Below are positions 1 through 11,700 of a DNA stretch of 39,408 nucleotides, piece after piece. A program made the position numbers and the translations under genes. The DNA comes from Jimgerdemannia flammicorona (lineage: Eukaryota). Each line of letters starts with the position of its first letter. Position 1 is the first letter of the stretch. The stretch lies in assembly GCA_003990765.1 (NCBI GenBank), contig RBNJ01000143.1, positions 1 to 39,408 of the forward strand, given 5' to 3'. The notes beneath the pieces are model-generated. The model did not search any database. It had not been told where the DNA came from and saw only the letters and a list, made by a program, of their open reading frames with translations.

Positions 1-131
1 GACAATGTCTAAGAAATTAGACAATGTCGGAATCGAGGACTGCTAACTATAATGCTATACTACTTTGGGAATAGGTGCGATCAAGTGTCTATTCCCTATT
101 TCCTTCTTCCAAATCTGGCTGTACCATCACA
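1..131 (-). repeat. Partial 3' LTR of E1
   Basis: Matches 6259-6389 with about 10 differences by hand count; ends ...accatcaca (TGTGATGG on minus strand). Confidence 0.95.
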
Positions 132-143
132 ACTTCCTCCTGA
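132..143 (-). promoter_or_regulatory. Polypurine tract of E1
   Basis: Minus strand AGGAGGAAG-T directly before the 3' LTR TG. Confidence 0.7.
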
Positions 144-168
144 ATGGATGGTCTCATCCCTGAGGCAT

Positions 169-630
169 CTATTCAAACTCCCAGACTTCAACAGTCTGTA
201 TGGTCTTGTACTGTACGATTTGCTGCATGACTGTTTCCCAATGATGTCTTCTCACCTTCTCGAAGTTGGTGGAAGTTACTCCTCTCAGGTGGTCTATCGC
301 TGCTTCATCTTCTTGAAATAACTTATGGATCCTTTTGGCAATAGTGATCTGTGAGTGGGAGAGTTGACACTCGGCGATCCAGTCCTCCTTGGTCTTTACT
401 GGATCCTGATTGAGCACCTGTCCAAGCTTGAAATACTCTTGGAATTCTGCACGATACTGATAAGCTCTAAAGTGCGAGATCCGAGAGAGATGAGTCTACA
501 CAATACTCTGAATATCCTCATAGTATAGCTCTATGGTTGGAGGCTCGGTGGTGTGCCATTGTCTTTTGATGGCTCTTTGGGCAGCACTAGTGATCTTGAG
601 TGCTATCACAGTACTTTTGTTACTGGTCAT
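169..630 (-). pseudogene. E1 ORF3, ~153 aa orphan ORF after integrase (one internal TAG)
   Basis: ATG at 630 is in frame with track ORF 169-417: MTSNKSTVIALKITSAAQRAIKRQWH...EFQEYFKLGQVL...IAKRIHKLFQEDE...WEFE; the internal TAG is CAG in the E2 homolog. Confidence 0.8.
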
Positions 631-1813
631 GATATTTCTTGAGTCAGTTTCGGTAAATGGTGGTGGGGATTATTGTGTCTGAGGGTTTTCGTAGCCAAAA
701 GGTGGTCCCTTTTATATCTTGCACAAGGTAAGGTCCTTCCCACTTGGGCTCCAGTTTTTGTGACCATGAAGCTTCTACCATGTTCCGATACACCAGGACC
801 TTGTCTCCTATCTTGATAATCTCCAAGGGCTTGTGGATCTTTTCCACATTCCTTCGTTGTAGTGTCTGTGCCTTGGTTATGTAATCCTCAGCCTTCTTCC
901 TGATTTGGTGTAGTCTCCGTATCTCTATGTCCACATGTTTCCATACAGCATCTCCATTAGATGATAGGGTTCCTTGAGAACATTCTTCTCCAAACAGCAT
1001 TTCTCGAGAGGTAAAGTGGGTGCTTTGTAATCGGATATCCCGGAGAGCAGATAATGCTATTGGCAGATAGTGATCCCAGTTCTCGTAGTTATCACAGATC
1101 TTGGCGATAACATTCTTGAGGGTCTTGTTGATCCTTTCTACTTGTCCATTTCCTTGAGGGTGATAGGCTGTGGTCCGAATGTGCTGAATCTTATACTTCT
1201 TGTAGAGAACTTCGAAGAACTTGTTCACGAATTCGGTTCCTCTATCTGTAGTTACTTGTGTTGGGGTCTTGAACCGGCAGATGATTTCCTTGTGGAAGAA
1301 ATCGGCGATTGACTGTGCATTGGCTTCCTTGAGAGGTCCTGCTTCTATCCACTTCATAAAAAGGTCTACGATGACAATGATGTATCGGTTGCCAGTCAAA
1401 GTCAAGGGTAGTGGGCTGATTACATCCATTGCAATGTGGGCGAATGGTACTGGTTCTATGTGTGCTGATCCTGGGGCTTGATTTCGTTGGTCTTGTTTCT
1501 GTTTCTGGCATTTGTCGCATGTTTTGACGAATTGTCTGATATCTTCCTCCATCCCTGGCCACCATATTGTTCTTCTTGCCTTGTCGTATATATTTGTTCC
1601 TCCTAGATGGTCAAGTTCATGTACTGATTTCATTGCTTGCTCCTTCTTGTGTTCTGGTATGACTAGTAGTTTTCCTTTCTTCAGTGTTTCTCCATCAGTT
1701 TTGAATTGTTTCCATGTTCTGTTGATAATCGTTTGTGTTCATTCTTCCAGATGTTGGGGCATCTTTTGCTGTCCCAGGTATGTGATGATTCCATAGTAGA
1801 GCTCCTTATTCAT
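620..1813 (-). pseudogene. E1 integrase in its own reading frame (HHCC, DDE core, GPY); two internal TGA
   Basis: HELDH...CDKC, MDVIS/TDRGTEF/GQVER, KWEGPY; ATG at 1813 (MNKELYYGIITYL) overlaps the RT-RH stop; ends YHDQ* at 620. Confidence 0.93.
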
Positions 1814-4800
1814 GATTGATTTGTTGGTTGGAGGTAGTTCGAGGTGTCCGTAAGAGAGCATCTGTATTGGAGTTTATTCTTCCAGGGCGGTGCACGATGG
1901 TTACATCATAGGCTTGTAACTTCATTATCCATCTGGTATAGATTCCCTTGGGTTGTCCGGTTGTCAGTAGCCAGGTGAGAGCTGAGTGGTCCATCTGGAT
2001 AGTGAAGTATCTTCTGGCCAGATAGTAGTGGAACTTTTCCACAGCTCAGATGACTGCAAGGCATTCCAACTTGTAGGACTCATATTCTTTTTCAGCCCCT
2101 TGGGTTCCATGGCTAAGATATGCAATGATATACTCTTTTTTGTCTTCTTTTTGAGCTAGGACTGCTCCTAGTCCCTGTGCACTTGCATCCATCTGAAGGA
2201 TAAATTCTTGGATCCAATTGGGTCATCTGAGGATAGGTACCTAAGTTAGTCTGACCTTGAGTTCGTCAAATGCTTTTTGTTGTCTGCTAGTCCACTGGAA
2301 CTTGGTATCCTTCTTGTTGAGTTCATAGATTGGGCCTGCGATGTTGGAGAATCCTCTAATGAATCTGCGATAGTAGGAGGCAAGTCCCATGAAGGCTTGG
2401 GCTTCTGTGACGGTAGTGGGCCTTGGGTATGCTGCTACCACTTGTATCTTGAGGGGGTCCATATGTATTCCATCTCGATTGATGATATGGCCAAGATAGG
2501 AGATCTCAATTTCCACAAACTTGCACTTTTTGGGTTTGATATAAAGGCCATGTTGTCTTAGTCTCTCCATTATCTGCTGTATGTACTGCAGATGTTCCTC
2601 GGCCATCTTGCTGTAGATGATTACATCATCGACATAGACCATCATCCATCTTCCCATGTCATAGCGGAAGATTTTGTTCATCATTCGCTGAAAGCTTGCT
2701 GGTGCATTGCACATTCCGAATGGCATTCGTAAGTAGATGTAGGTTCCATCTGGGGTGATGAAGGCTGACTTTTCGCTTGCCACTTCTGTGAGTCCGATTT
2801 GGTGGAATCCTGAGTATAAGTCCAAGGTGCTGTAGTACTGTGCTTCATCTCCCAGTATTATAAGAATGTCACTGATGAGCGGCAGTGGTTGGCGATCCTT
2901 CTTGGTGACTGCATTGAGCTTTCTGTAGTCAACACAGAGCCTTGGGGCAAATTCTCCAGGTTTGCTTCCTTTTTTCGGGGCTAGTACAACTGGTGAAGAC
3001 CAGGGGCTGCTGGCTTCTTTGATGATAACAGCTTCTTCCATCTGCTTGATTTCTTCTCTGAGCCATTCTCGGTAGGCTGGCGGGACAGGTCTTGCTTTCT
3101 GATAAATTGGTTCGGTGTCTCCAGTATCTACCTCATGATAGTAGTGTGGGGTCTTTCCCTTGATATCCTTGAAATCCGTGGCAAGGACATCCTCGAATTT
3201 GTGGAGTATTTTCTTGAGTTCCTTCTTAAGTGGGAATTCGTCTCCAATGGTGTAACTGTGCTTGCTCGTGTTTTCCTCCTTCTTGTGCTCAAGTTCAGTG
3301 ATCTTGGTACTGGTGAATACTCCTCTTCCTGTGGATCCGAATCCTTTCTTTCCTCTTTTCGTTTCCTCCAGATTCTTGACTTCTATGATCCTTGGCTGTA
3401 TGATTGGAAAGATCAACATCTGTGCCAATCGGTCCTTCTTCTTGACTGGGAATGGAATTGTAAGATTGTGGTTCCTAGCAATAAGTAGAATTTCTCCCAT
3501 ATAGTCTGAATCAATGACTCCTCCTTCGATTGTAATTTCGCTTCTAGCCAGGCTGCTTCTTGTCTTGAGAATCCTGACATGATCCTTTGGGATGGTCATC
3601 TCCAGTCCAGTTGCGAGTAGGGTGGTTGTCTGGGGTTTGAGTACAGTTTCTTCTACTGTAGTGATGTCCATTCTGGCTGCGTTTTCTGACTTATATTCTG
3701 GCAAGACTGTGTCAGGGTGGATCTTTCGAATCTTGACCTTGATTTCTTCTTCATCATCACTGTCCTCCAGGAGGGCTGGTGGTTCATCATCTTCCTCTTC
3801 TTCTTCTTCTGTAGTCTGTTTTTCGAGAGCTTTCTGGCTTCTTTCCTGGTAGATCTTCCTGGTTCTGATGGTGCACTGGTAGCAATCATTGACATGTTCC
3901 ATACAGTACATCTTGATTCCATGAGGACAGACTCCTTGTGGGGCATAGCCTTCTGCGATCTTCTTGCACCATTCTTCTTCACTCATCCATCCGACTTTCT
4001 TCTTCTTTGCGGTAGTCACTATATAAGCTTCCTCTTGCTCGCTCTCTTCTTTCTCCATATCAGGCAGGACTCCTTTGTTGACATTGATGGGAATTCATAT
4101 CTTCTGTCCCTGGTAGGTGATTTGCATTTTCTGAGCATTGAGATCGATTACCGCTTTGGCTTTGTGAAGCCATTGATTGCTGATGAGGATGTCATAGTTG
4201 GTGGCATTGGTTACGATTACATCTACTGGGATTGTTACTCCTCCGATCTTGATGGGAACATCTCGGATCTTTCCCAGAGGTGTGGCTCTTGTGCCATCAG
4301 CTGTGACGAATACTAGCTTGGTTGCTTCTTCCACATCTCAACCTAGGTGGTCTGCTGCCTTCTTACTGAGGAGACATCCTCCTGCTCCTGTGTCAATGAT
4401 GGCTTCAAAGACTCGATCCTCAATTTGGCATGTTGCATAAGCAGAGGTTTTGCGATTGTCCTCACTTTCTTCTCCTGAGTCTTCTTGAACATTATTGGCC
4501 TCGGTTATCTTCCATCCTTATTCCTTGGTTGTTTCGGCAAGTCCAAACCTCATTTGCTGTCTGAATGTTGGGATTTCTGCAAGCTGACCAAAGGTTGCAT
4601 TGACCTTTTATTGACTGAGATCCTTGAAGATATCATACTTGAAGGTCTTGGTCTTGCGAAGCTTCTTTTCTTTTTCTCCTTCACTGGCTGGAGTGGTTCC
4701 TCGGATGATATCTTGAACTGCTTGCTCCAGCTCGATATCCTGGTCCATCTCTTTGGCTTAACTTTCTGTGGCAGTTTCTATCCGCTTTTCCACTGGATTC

Positions 4801-5792
4801 TTCTTGGGTCTTCCTGATAGTCTCTTGTAGGGTTCTTTGCAAACATCCTTCTTGGTGGTCTGAGCAGGATAGGCCTCCCATTCCTCTTCATCGGATTCTC
4901 TGATTTCTTCAAAGGTGATTGTATTGGCCTGCTCCTTATTTTGTGTGGTATTGCTTGGTTGAGCCTTATATTTGGTTTCACTCATACATTCATAGGAGTA
5001 GTAGCCTTCTTCTCTACAGCTGTAGCAGGTACCTTTCTTCTTGTCTGAGGTGGTGGCAAACTTCTAAACAGGATGGCAATCTCTTTCTCGGATTTCCTTT
5101 ACCACATCTCCCAGGTGGGCAGTCATTTCAGCAAACCTTTTGGCGAGTTCCTCCATAGGGTTACTGTTCTTTTGCTGCTCTGTAGCTTTTGGCTGAGGTG
5201 TGTTTCGATTGATCATTGTGGTGGGGATCACACTGGTTGCCTTGGGTGCCTTGATTCTGACTCCTGTAACTCTTTCCATTGTATGGTCTTGTGGGTGTCT
5301 GGCTATCCAGTATCGCTGAGCATAGGTGACCTTTTGTGGCAGATCCAGAATCACTGGTGATGAGCAGATGTCTATGGCTATTTCTGGATGGACTCCTTTC
5401 ATGAAGATTGCTTTGGCTACTTGATCTCGGATAGCAGCAGCATAATCTGCAAGAATTATCTGATATCGAATTCTGGTATAGAATGTGTTTGGATCCTCAC
5501 TCATTCCTTGGCACATTGTGTTAAGCTGATCCTTCAGGGCTTGCTTGATCTCGTCTGTGTAATATGTGTTTCAGAGCCAGGTCTTCTGTGCTGTCAGTAT
5601 GGCATCGGCATCATTTTCTGCATGGGTTATGGCTGTAAATGCTGCTCTGGCAGGGCCTTGTAGGCTGAAGGGCATGAGGGCTACTTGCTGTGCTGCTGTC
5701 AGAGTTCTTACAGCAGCATACTGCTCGAAATTGTCAATGAAGGTGATGATTGATTCATCTGAGGTATATCCATGGAATACTGGTAGTCTCAT
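1806..5792 (-). pseudogene. gag-pol: E1 gag-pol polyprotein (Gag, Zn knuckle, protease, CPHG module, dUTPase, RT, RNase H), one frame with nonsense stops
   Basis: Track ORFs starting at 6107/5516/4985/4334/4058/2042 share one frame; degenerate knuckle CYSC..G..S.EC ~4987-5028, IIDTGAG ~4380-4400, RLCVDYRKLN, MPFG, YVDD, RNase H DAS and DH motifs. Confidence 0.95.
3327..3743 (-). other. dut: dUTPase domain in E1 pol (between PR and RT)
   Basis: All five trimeric dUTPase motifs: AA(R/G)MDI, RSSLA, GVIDSDYMGE, RLAQ, RGKKGFGSTG. Confidence 0.95.
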
Positions 5793-5892
5793 ATCTATCT
5801 TGTCTGGGTATTGGGGCTCAGTTTGTATGGTTGTTCGGATAGTAGTGGTTGTTCGTTGTTTAGCTTGAAAGTGAGGGATTCGTCTTGAATCA

Positions 5893-5910
5893 CCAGCCAA
5901 TGAGCACCAA
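5893..5910 (-). promoter_or_regulatory. Primer-binding site of E1
   Basis: TGGTGCTCATTGGCTGG starts 3 nt after the 5' LTR CA; TGG complements tRNA CCA; mutated equivalent follows the E4 LTR. Confidence 0.75.
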
Positions 5911-5912
5911 GT

Positions 5913-6389
5913 TGTAACATAGCGGACGCTTACTCTTGAAAGTACGTCAGATTTCTGTATCTTGAAAACTTGACCATTCTGACTCTCGCAGAGTCTCTTG
6001 AAGTTGTAGGAGAGGGTGGGTGAGTTCGAAGTATATCTGCCTGCAGGCTTACTAGTTCCTTTGCTATCTCTTTGCTTTTGAACTATTTCGATCTGAGGTT
6101 TATTCACTTGAAGACACTGGGTTATTTATACAAGTTTGCTAGCTATGAGAGGGTGGCTAAGTAATAAATGAGTTATTTGGACTTTATTGAAACATTCAGA
6201 CAATGTCTAAATGCTATATTAAATCGGAGTATCCGATTTGGATAATGTCTAAAATTTAGACAATGTCTAAGGATTTAGACAATGTCGAAATCGAGAACTG
6301 CTAACTATAAGGCTATACTACTTTGGGACTGGGTGCAATCAAGTGTCTATTCCCTATTTCCTTCTTCCGAATTTGGCTGTACCATCACA
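5913..6389 (-). repeat. 5' LTR of E1 (477 bp)
   Basis: TG...CA ends (tgtaacat...catcaca); minus-strand TATAAATA at 6123-6130; homologous to 6458-6953 and 18880-19335. Confidence 0.95.
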
Positions 6390-6457
6390 ATGTATAAATA
6401 TTTATAATAAATTTATATAATTTTAATATTAGTATATTAGATAAATATAATTAATAT

Positions 6458-6953
6458 TGTAACATAGTGGATACATACTGATAGAAGTGCAGCAGATTTC
6501 TTTATCTTGAATACTTGATCTTCTTTAACTTCTCAGAGTTCTCAGATATAGGAGTAGATGAGTTTGAAGTATCTTTACCTATAGACTTATTAGTTTCTTA
6601 TCACTTTACTTAAACTATTTCAATCTGAGATTTATTCACTCTAAATATTAGGAATATTTATACAAGTTAACTAGCTATATGGTTGCTAAGTTAAGACTTC
6701 TTTTTCTATAAGTTATTTCATATAGTTGAGAGATTTATATATTTGTAAAATCTGTATAGATGAGAGATCAATATATCTGAGAGATTTATATAGCTATACT
6801 TTTTATATAATTATATAGATTATACAACTGAGAGATTGAGTGACTGCTAAACCATAATGCTATATTATATCAAAAATCAGATTCAGATACATACTACATA
6901 TAATCAAATATCTATTTTATAATTATTATTTCTAATTTAGATCAACTATTATA
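6458..6953 (-). repeat. 3' LTR of E2
   Basis: Starts tgtaacatagtgg like the E1 LTR; ends actattata (mutated accatcaca), followed by a mutated PPT. Confidence 0.85.
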
Positions 6954-8346
6954 ACTTTCTTCTAAATAAATAATTTTACTCCTAAATTATCTTATTCAAA
7001 CTCCTATGCTTCAATCAATTGTATATTCTTATACTATATAATCTACTCAATTATATTCTTTCAATAGTGTCTTTTTATCTATTAGAAATCTTTTGAGACT
7101 ATATCTTGAAAATAGACTAGAGCTTACTCATTATCTTTAAATGAGTTATAAACCTACTTAGCTATAGTAATATAAGTATAGGATATCTAGCTCTCTACAA
7201 TCTATTCTTCTTTAGTTATATTCTTTTTATTTAAGCAATTTTCTCAACTTAAAATACTCTTGAAACTCAGTATAATATTAAAATTTATAATAAGTAAGTC
7301 TGTACAATACTTTGAATACTATTAAACAATTTCTCTATAGCTAGCAGCTCAGTAGAATACTATTGTCTTTCTAAAACTCACTGAGCAATACTTGTGATCT
7401 TGAGAGTTAGAGTAATATTTCATAGTTAGCTATAGTACTTCTTGAGTTAGTTTTAATAGATAGTAGTGTAGATAATTATATCTAATTGTTTTTATAGCCA
7501 AAAGGTAGTTTCTTTTACATTTTACACATTATAAGATCCTTTCTATTTAGGCTTCAGTTTTTATAACTTTAAAGCTTTTACTATATTTTAATATATTAAA
7601 ACTTTATCTCTTATCTTGATAATCTCTAGAGACTTATATATCTTCTCTATATTATTCTAGTATAATACCTATATCTTGATTATATAAGCTTTAGTCTTCT
7701 TTCTTATTTAATATAGTCTCTATATCTCAGTATCTATATATTTTCATACTATATCTTTATTAGATAATAGAGTTTCTTTATAACTTCTTCTCTGAATAAT
7801 AATTCTCAAGAGATAAAATATGTACTTTGTGATCATATATTCTGAAGAGTAGATAATATTATTGACAGATAGTAGTTCTAATGTTTATAGTTATTATAGA
7901 TCTTGGTAATAATATTTTTAAGTATCTTATTGATCTTTTCAGTCTATCTATTTCTTTATAGATAATAAGCTATAGTTCAAATATACTAAATCTTGTACTT
8001 CTTGTATAGAATCTCAAAGAGCTGGTTCATGAATTCTCTTTCTCTATCTGTTATTACTTGCTTTGGAATCTTGAATTAGCAGATGATTTTTCTATAGAAG
8101 AAATTAGTAATTAACTATATATTGACTTCTTTGAGAAGTCCTACTTCTATCTATTTCATAATGAGATCTATAATAACAATAATATGTCAATATTAAGAGT
8201 AGTGGATCAATTATATTTGCAATATGGACAAATAGTACTAATTCTATATCTACTGATACTAGTATCTAGTTTTGCTAATCTTGCTTCTGTTTCTGGTATT
8301 TATTACAGATCTTGACAAATTATCTGATATCTTTCTCTATTCTAGA

Positions 8347-8711
8347 TAGTGCTTCTAATAAATTGAATCAAAGATCTAATTCAATTTGATTTAAATTGAA
8401 TCAAAGGTCTAATTTAATTTGAGATTTAATTCAAACTCTATTTTTTAAAATGCAATAACTCAACAAATATATATATTTAAATTTAATGATCTTTAACTTG
8501 TTAGATTTCTCTATATAAGAAGAATCTAATAAGCTAAAGGTTGATAAATTTAGACATATTTTCATTAAGTTATTATATTTTGAAAAATAGGGGTTGAATT
8601 GAACCCTCAATTTAATTTAAATTCAATTTAATTCAAACTTGATTCAAATTGAAAAATCCTCAATATAATTTAATTCAAATGATCTTCAATTTAATTTGTT
8701 TGGAAGTACTA
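8347..8711. mobile_element. 365-bp hAT-like MITE inserted in E2 integrase
   Basis: 8-bp TSD attctaga/attccaga; imperfect TIRs tagtgcttctaataaattgaat / atttaatttgtttggaagtacta; internal palindrome; absent from E1. Confidence 0.85.
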
Positions 8712-11700
8712 ATTCCAGACTACTATATTGCTCTTCTTACTTTATTATAGGTATTTATCTTTTAGATAGCCAAATATATATACTAATTTCATTATATGTT
8801 TCTTCTTTAGTATTTCTTAATTAATTTTAAATTATTTTCAAATTCTGTTGATAATTATTTATATTCATTCTTCTAGGTATTGGGGCATCCTTTACTATCT
8901 TAGATAAGTGGTAATTCTATAGTAGAGTTTCTTATTTATTTTTATTTTACTAGTTGTAAGTTCTTTAGAATATTTGTAAGAGTATATCTGCATTAACATT
9001 ACTTCTTTCTAAGTAGTACATAATGGTTGTATTATATACTTATAGTTTTATAATCTATCTAATAAATATTCCTTTTAGTTAGCTTATGATCAATAACTAA
9101 GTAAGAGCTAAATGATTATTTAGGATAGTAAGTATCTTCTAGTAAGATAGTATATAGTGTAACTTTCTACAGCCTAAATGACTACGAGATACTCTAGTCT
9201 ATAGAATTTATATATATTCTCTTTCTTCTCTACAGATTCCTCAGTTGAGATATGCTATATTTGACTTTATTTAAAGAACTACTTCTAGTCTAATTGAGCT
9301 TATATCTATCTATAGGATGAACTTTTAAGATCAGTTAGATCTTCTCAAGATGGGTGCTTAGATCAGACAGATATTGAGATGTTTAAATACTTATTATTAT
9401 CTACCAATTAATTGGAACTTAGTATCTTTCTATAGATAAAATCTGTAATATTGAAGAATTCTTTAATAAATCTTCTATAATAGGTGATAAGTCCTATAAA
9501 GACTTAAGCTTCAGTAGCTATAGTAGGTCTTGAGTAGGCTTCAACTGCTTGAATCTTGATAGGGTCTGTATGTATTCTATTCTAATTAATAATATAACTA
9601 AGATAAGAGATCTCAATTTCTACAGAATTTGAATTTCTTAGACTTAATATATAGGCTATACTTCCTTAGCTTCTCTATTATCTACTGGATATACTACTGA
9701 TACTCTTCTGGTATCTTCCTATAAATGATTATATCATCTATATAAACTATCAGCTATCTTTCTATATTATAGTAGAAGATTTTATTCATTATTTACTAAA
9801 AGGATATAAGTTCTATCTAAGATAATAAAGGCTGACTTTTCACTTACTGCTTCTGTGAGACTAATTTGTAGAGTCCTGAATATAAATCTGAGGTACTATA
9901 ATACTATACTTTGTTATAAAGATGTTGCTAATGAGTAGTAGTAGTTAGTAATTCTTTTTGATATCTAGGTTGAGCTTTCTATAATTGGTATAAGATTTTG
10001 GAGTAAATTCTCCAGGTTTGCTATCTTCTTTAGAGCTAATATAACTAGTAAAGTCCAAGAACTACTGACTTCTTTAATAATATCAACTTCTTTCATTTGT
10101 TTGATTTCTTCTCTAAACTATTTATAGTAGACTAGTAGGATGGGTCTTATCTTCTGATAGATTAGTTTAGTATCTTTTCTTTGATATTCTTAAAGTCTAT
10201 AGCAAGAATATCCTTGAGTATCTTCTTAAGTTTCTTCCAAAATAGGAATTTATTTTCTATAGTATAGCTGTATTTATTTATAGTTTTCTTCTTCTTGTGA
10301 TCCAGTTCAGTAATCTTGATACTAGTGAATACTTCTCTTTCAGTGGATCCAAATTCTTTCATTTCTCTTTCTGTTTTCTCTAACTTCTTGACTTCTATAA
10401 TCTTTAGCTAAAGGACTGGGAAGATTAATATTTATATTAGTCAGTCCTTCTTAATTGAAAATGAAATCATAGAATTATAGTTCTTAGCAATGAGTAGTAT
10501 TTCTCCAATATAATCTAAATTGATAACTTCTCTTTCAATAGTAATTTTACTTTTAGCTAGACTACTTCTTATCTTAAGAATTCTAATATAGTTCTTCAGA
10601 ATAGTTATTTTTAGACCAGTTGTAAGTAGAGTGGTTGTCTGGGGCTCAAGTATAGTTTCTTCTACTGTAGCAATATCTATTCTTACTATATTCTCAAACT
10701 TATATTCTGATAGTACTATATCAGAGTAGATTTTTTAATCTTGATCTTGATCTTTTCTTCATTATTACTATCTTCTAGGAGGGCAGATGGTTCATCATTC
10801 TCTTTCTCCTTCATTTCTTCTTTATTCTCTCTTATCTATTTCTCATAGACCTTCTATCTTCTTTAATAGTAGATCTCCTTAATTCTACTGGTATTTAGTA
10901 GTAATCATTGATATACTCTATATAGTATATTCTGATTCTATAGAGGCAGACTCCTTATAGTATATATTCTTCTATGATCTTCTATACCAGTTCTCTTCTC
11001 TGATCTATCTGACTTTCTTCTTCTTCTTTTGAGTATTTATCATATAGGTCTCTTCTTGCTCACTGTCTCCTTTCTCTAGCATCTTCTGAGCATTTATATT
11101 AATTATAGCCTTAGTCTTGTGGAGTCACTGGTTGTTGATAAGAATATCATAGTTGGTAGCATTAGTTATAATTACATTTACTAGGATAATTACTCCTCCA
11201 AACTTGATGGAAATATTTTGAATTTTTCCCAGAGATGTGGCTCTTATACTATCTGCTATAATGAATACTAATTTAGTTGCTTCTTCAACCTCCAAACCTA
11301 GGCAGTCTACTGCTTTCTTACTAAGGAGATATGTATTCTTCTACTTCTGTATCAATAATGGTTTTGAAAACTCTATCTTCAATTTGATATATTATATAGG
11401 CAGATGTTTTGTGATTATCTTCACTCTCTTCTCCAGAGTCTTCTTAAACATTATTGGTCTCAGTTATCTTCCAATATTAGTTCTTAGCTATTTCAGTAAG
11501 TCTGAATTTTATTTATTATCTAAATATGGAGATTTCTATCAGTTGTCCAAAGGTTGCATTAATATTTTATTAACTGAGATTCTTGAAGATATCATACTTG
11601 AAGGTCTTGCTTTTGTAAAAATTCTTCTTCTTTTCTTCTTCACTAACTAGGACTAGAGTGGTTTCTCAGATAATATCTTGAATTGTCTGCTCAAGCTCTA

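Larger units (their letters stand above)
1..6389 (-). mobile_element. Ty3/gypsy LTR retrotransposon E1 (no chromodomain; dUTPase-bearing); 3' LTR cut by window edge
   Basis: Direct-repeat LTRs (1-131 vs 6259-6389), PBS, PPT, order gag-PR-RT-RH-IN; in-frame stops mostly CGA>TGA or CAG>TAG type. Confidence 0.97.

Noticed and set aside
169-630. ORF3 as an env gene
   Set aside because: Too short, no signal peptide or transmembrane segment
5893-5910. Assigning a specific primer tRNA to the E1 PBS
   Set aside because: Several tRNAs can end GAGCACCA; needs the host tRNA set
5793-6107. N-terminal ~105 aa of track ORF 5571-6107
   Set aside because: Starts at GTG inside the LTR and crosses the PBS; E4 conserves coding only from about MRLPVF
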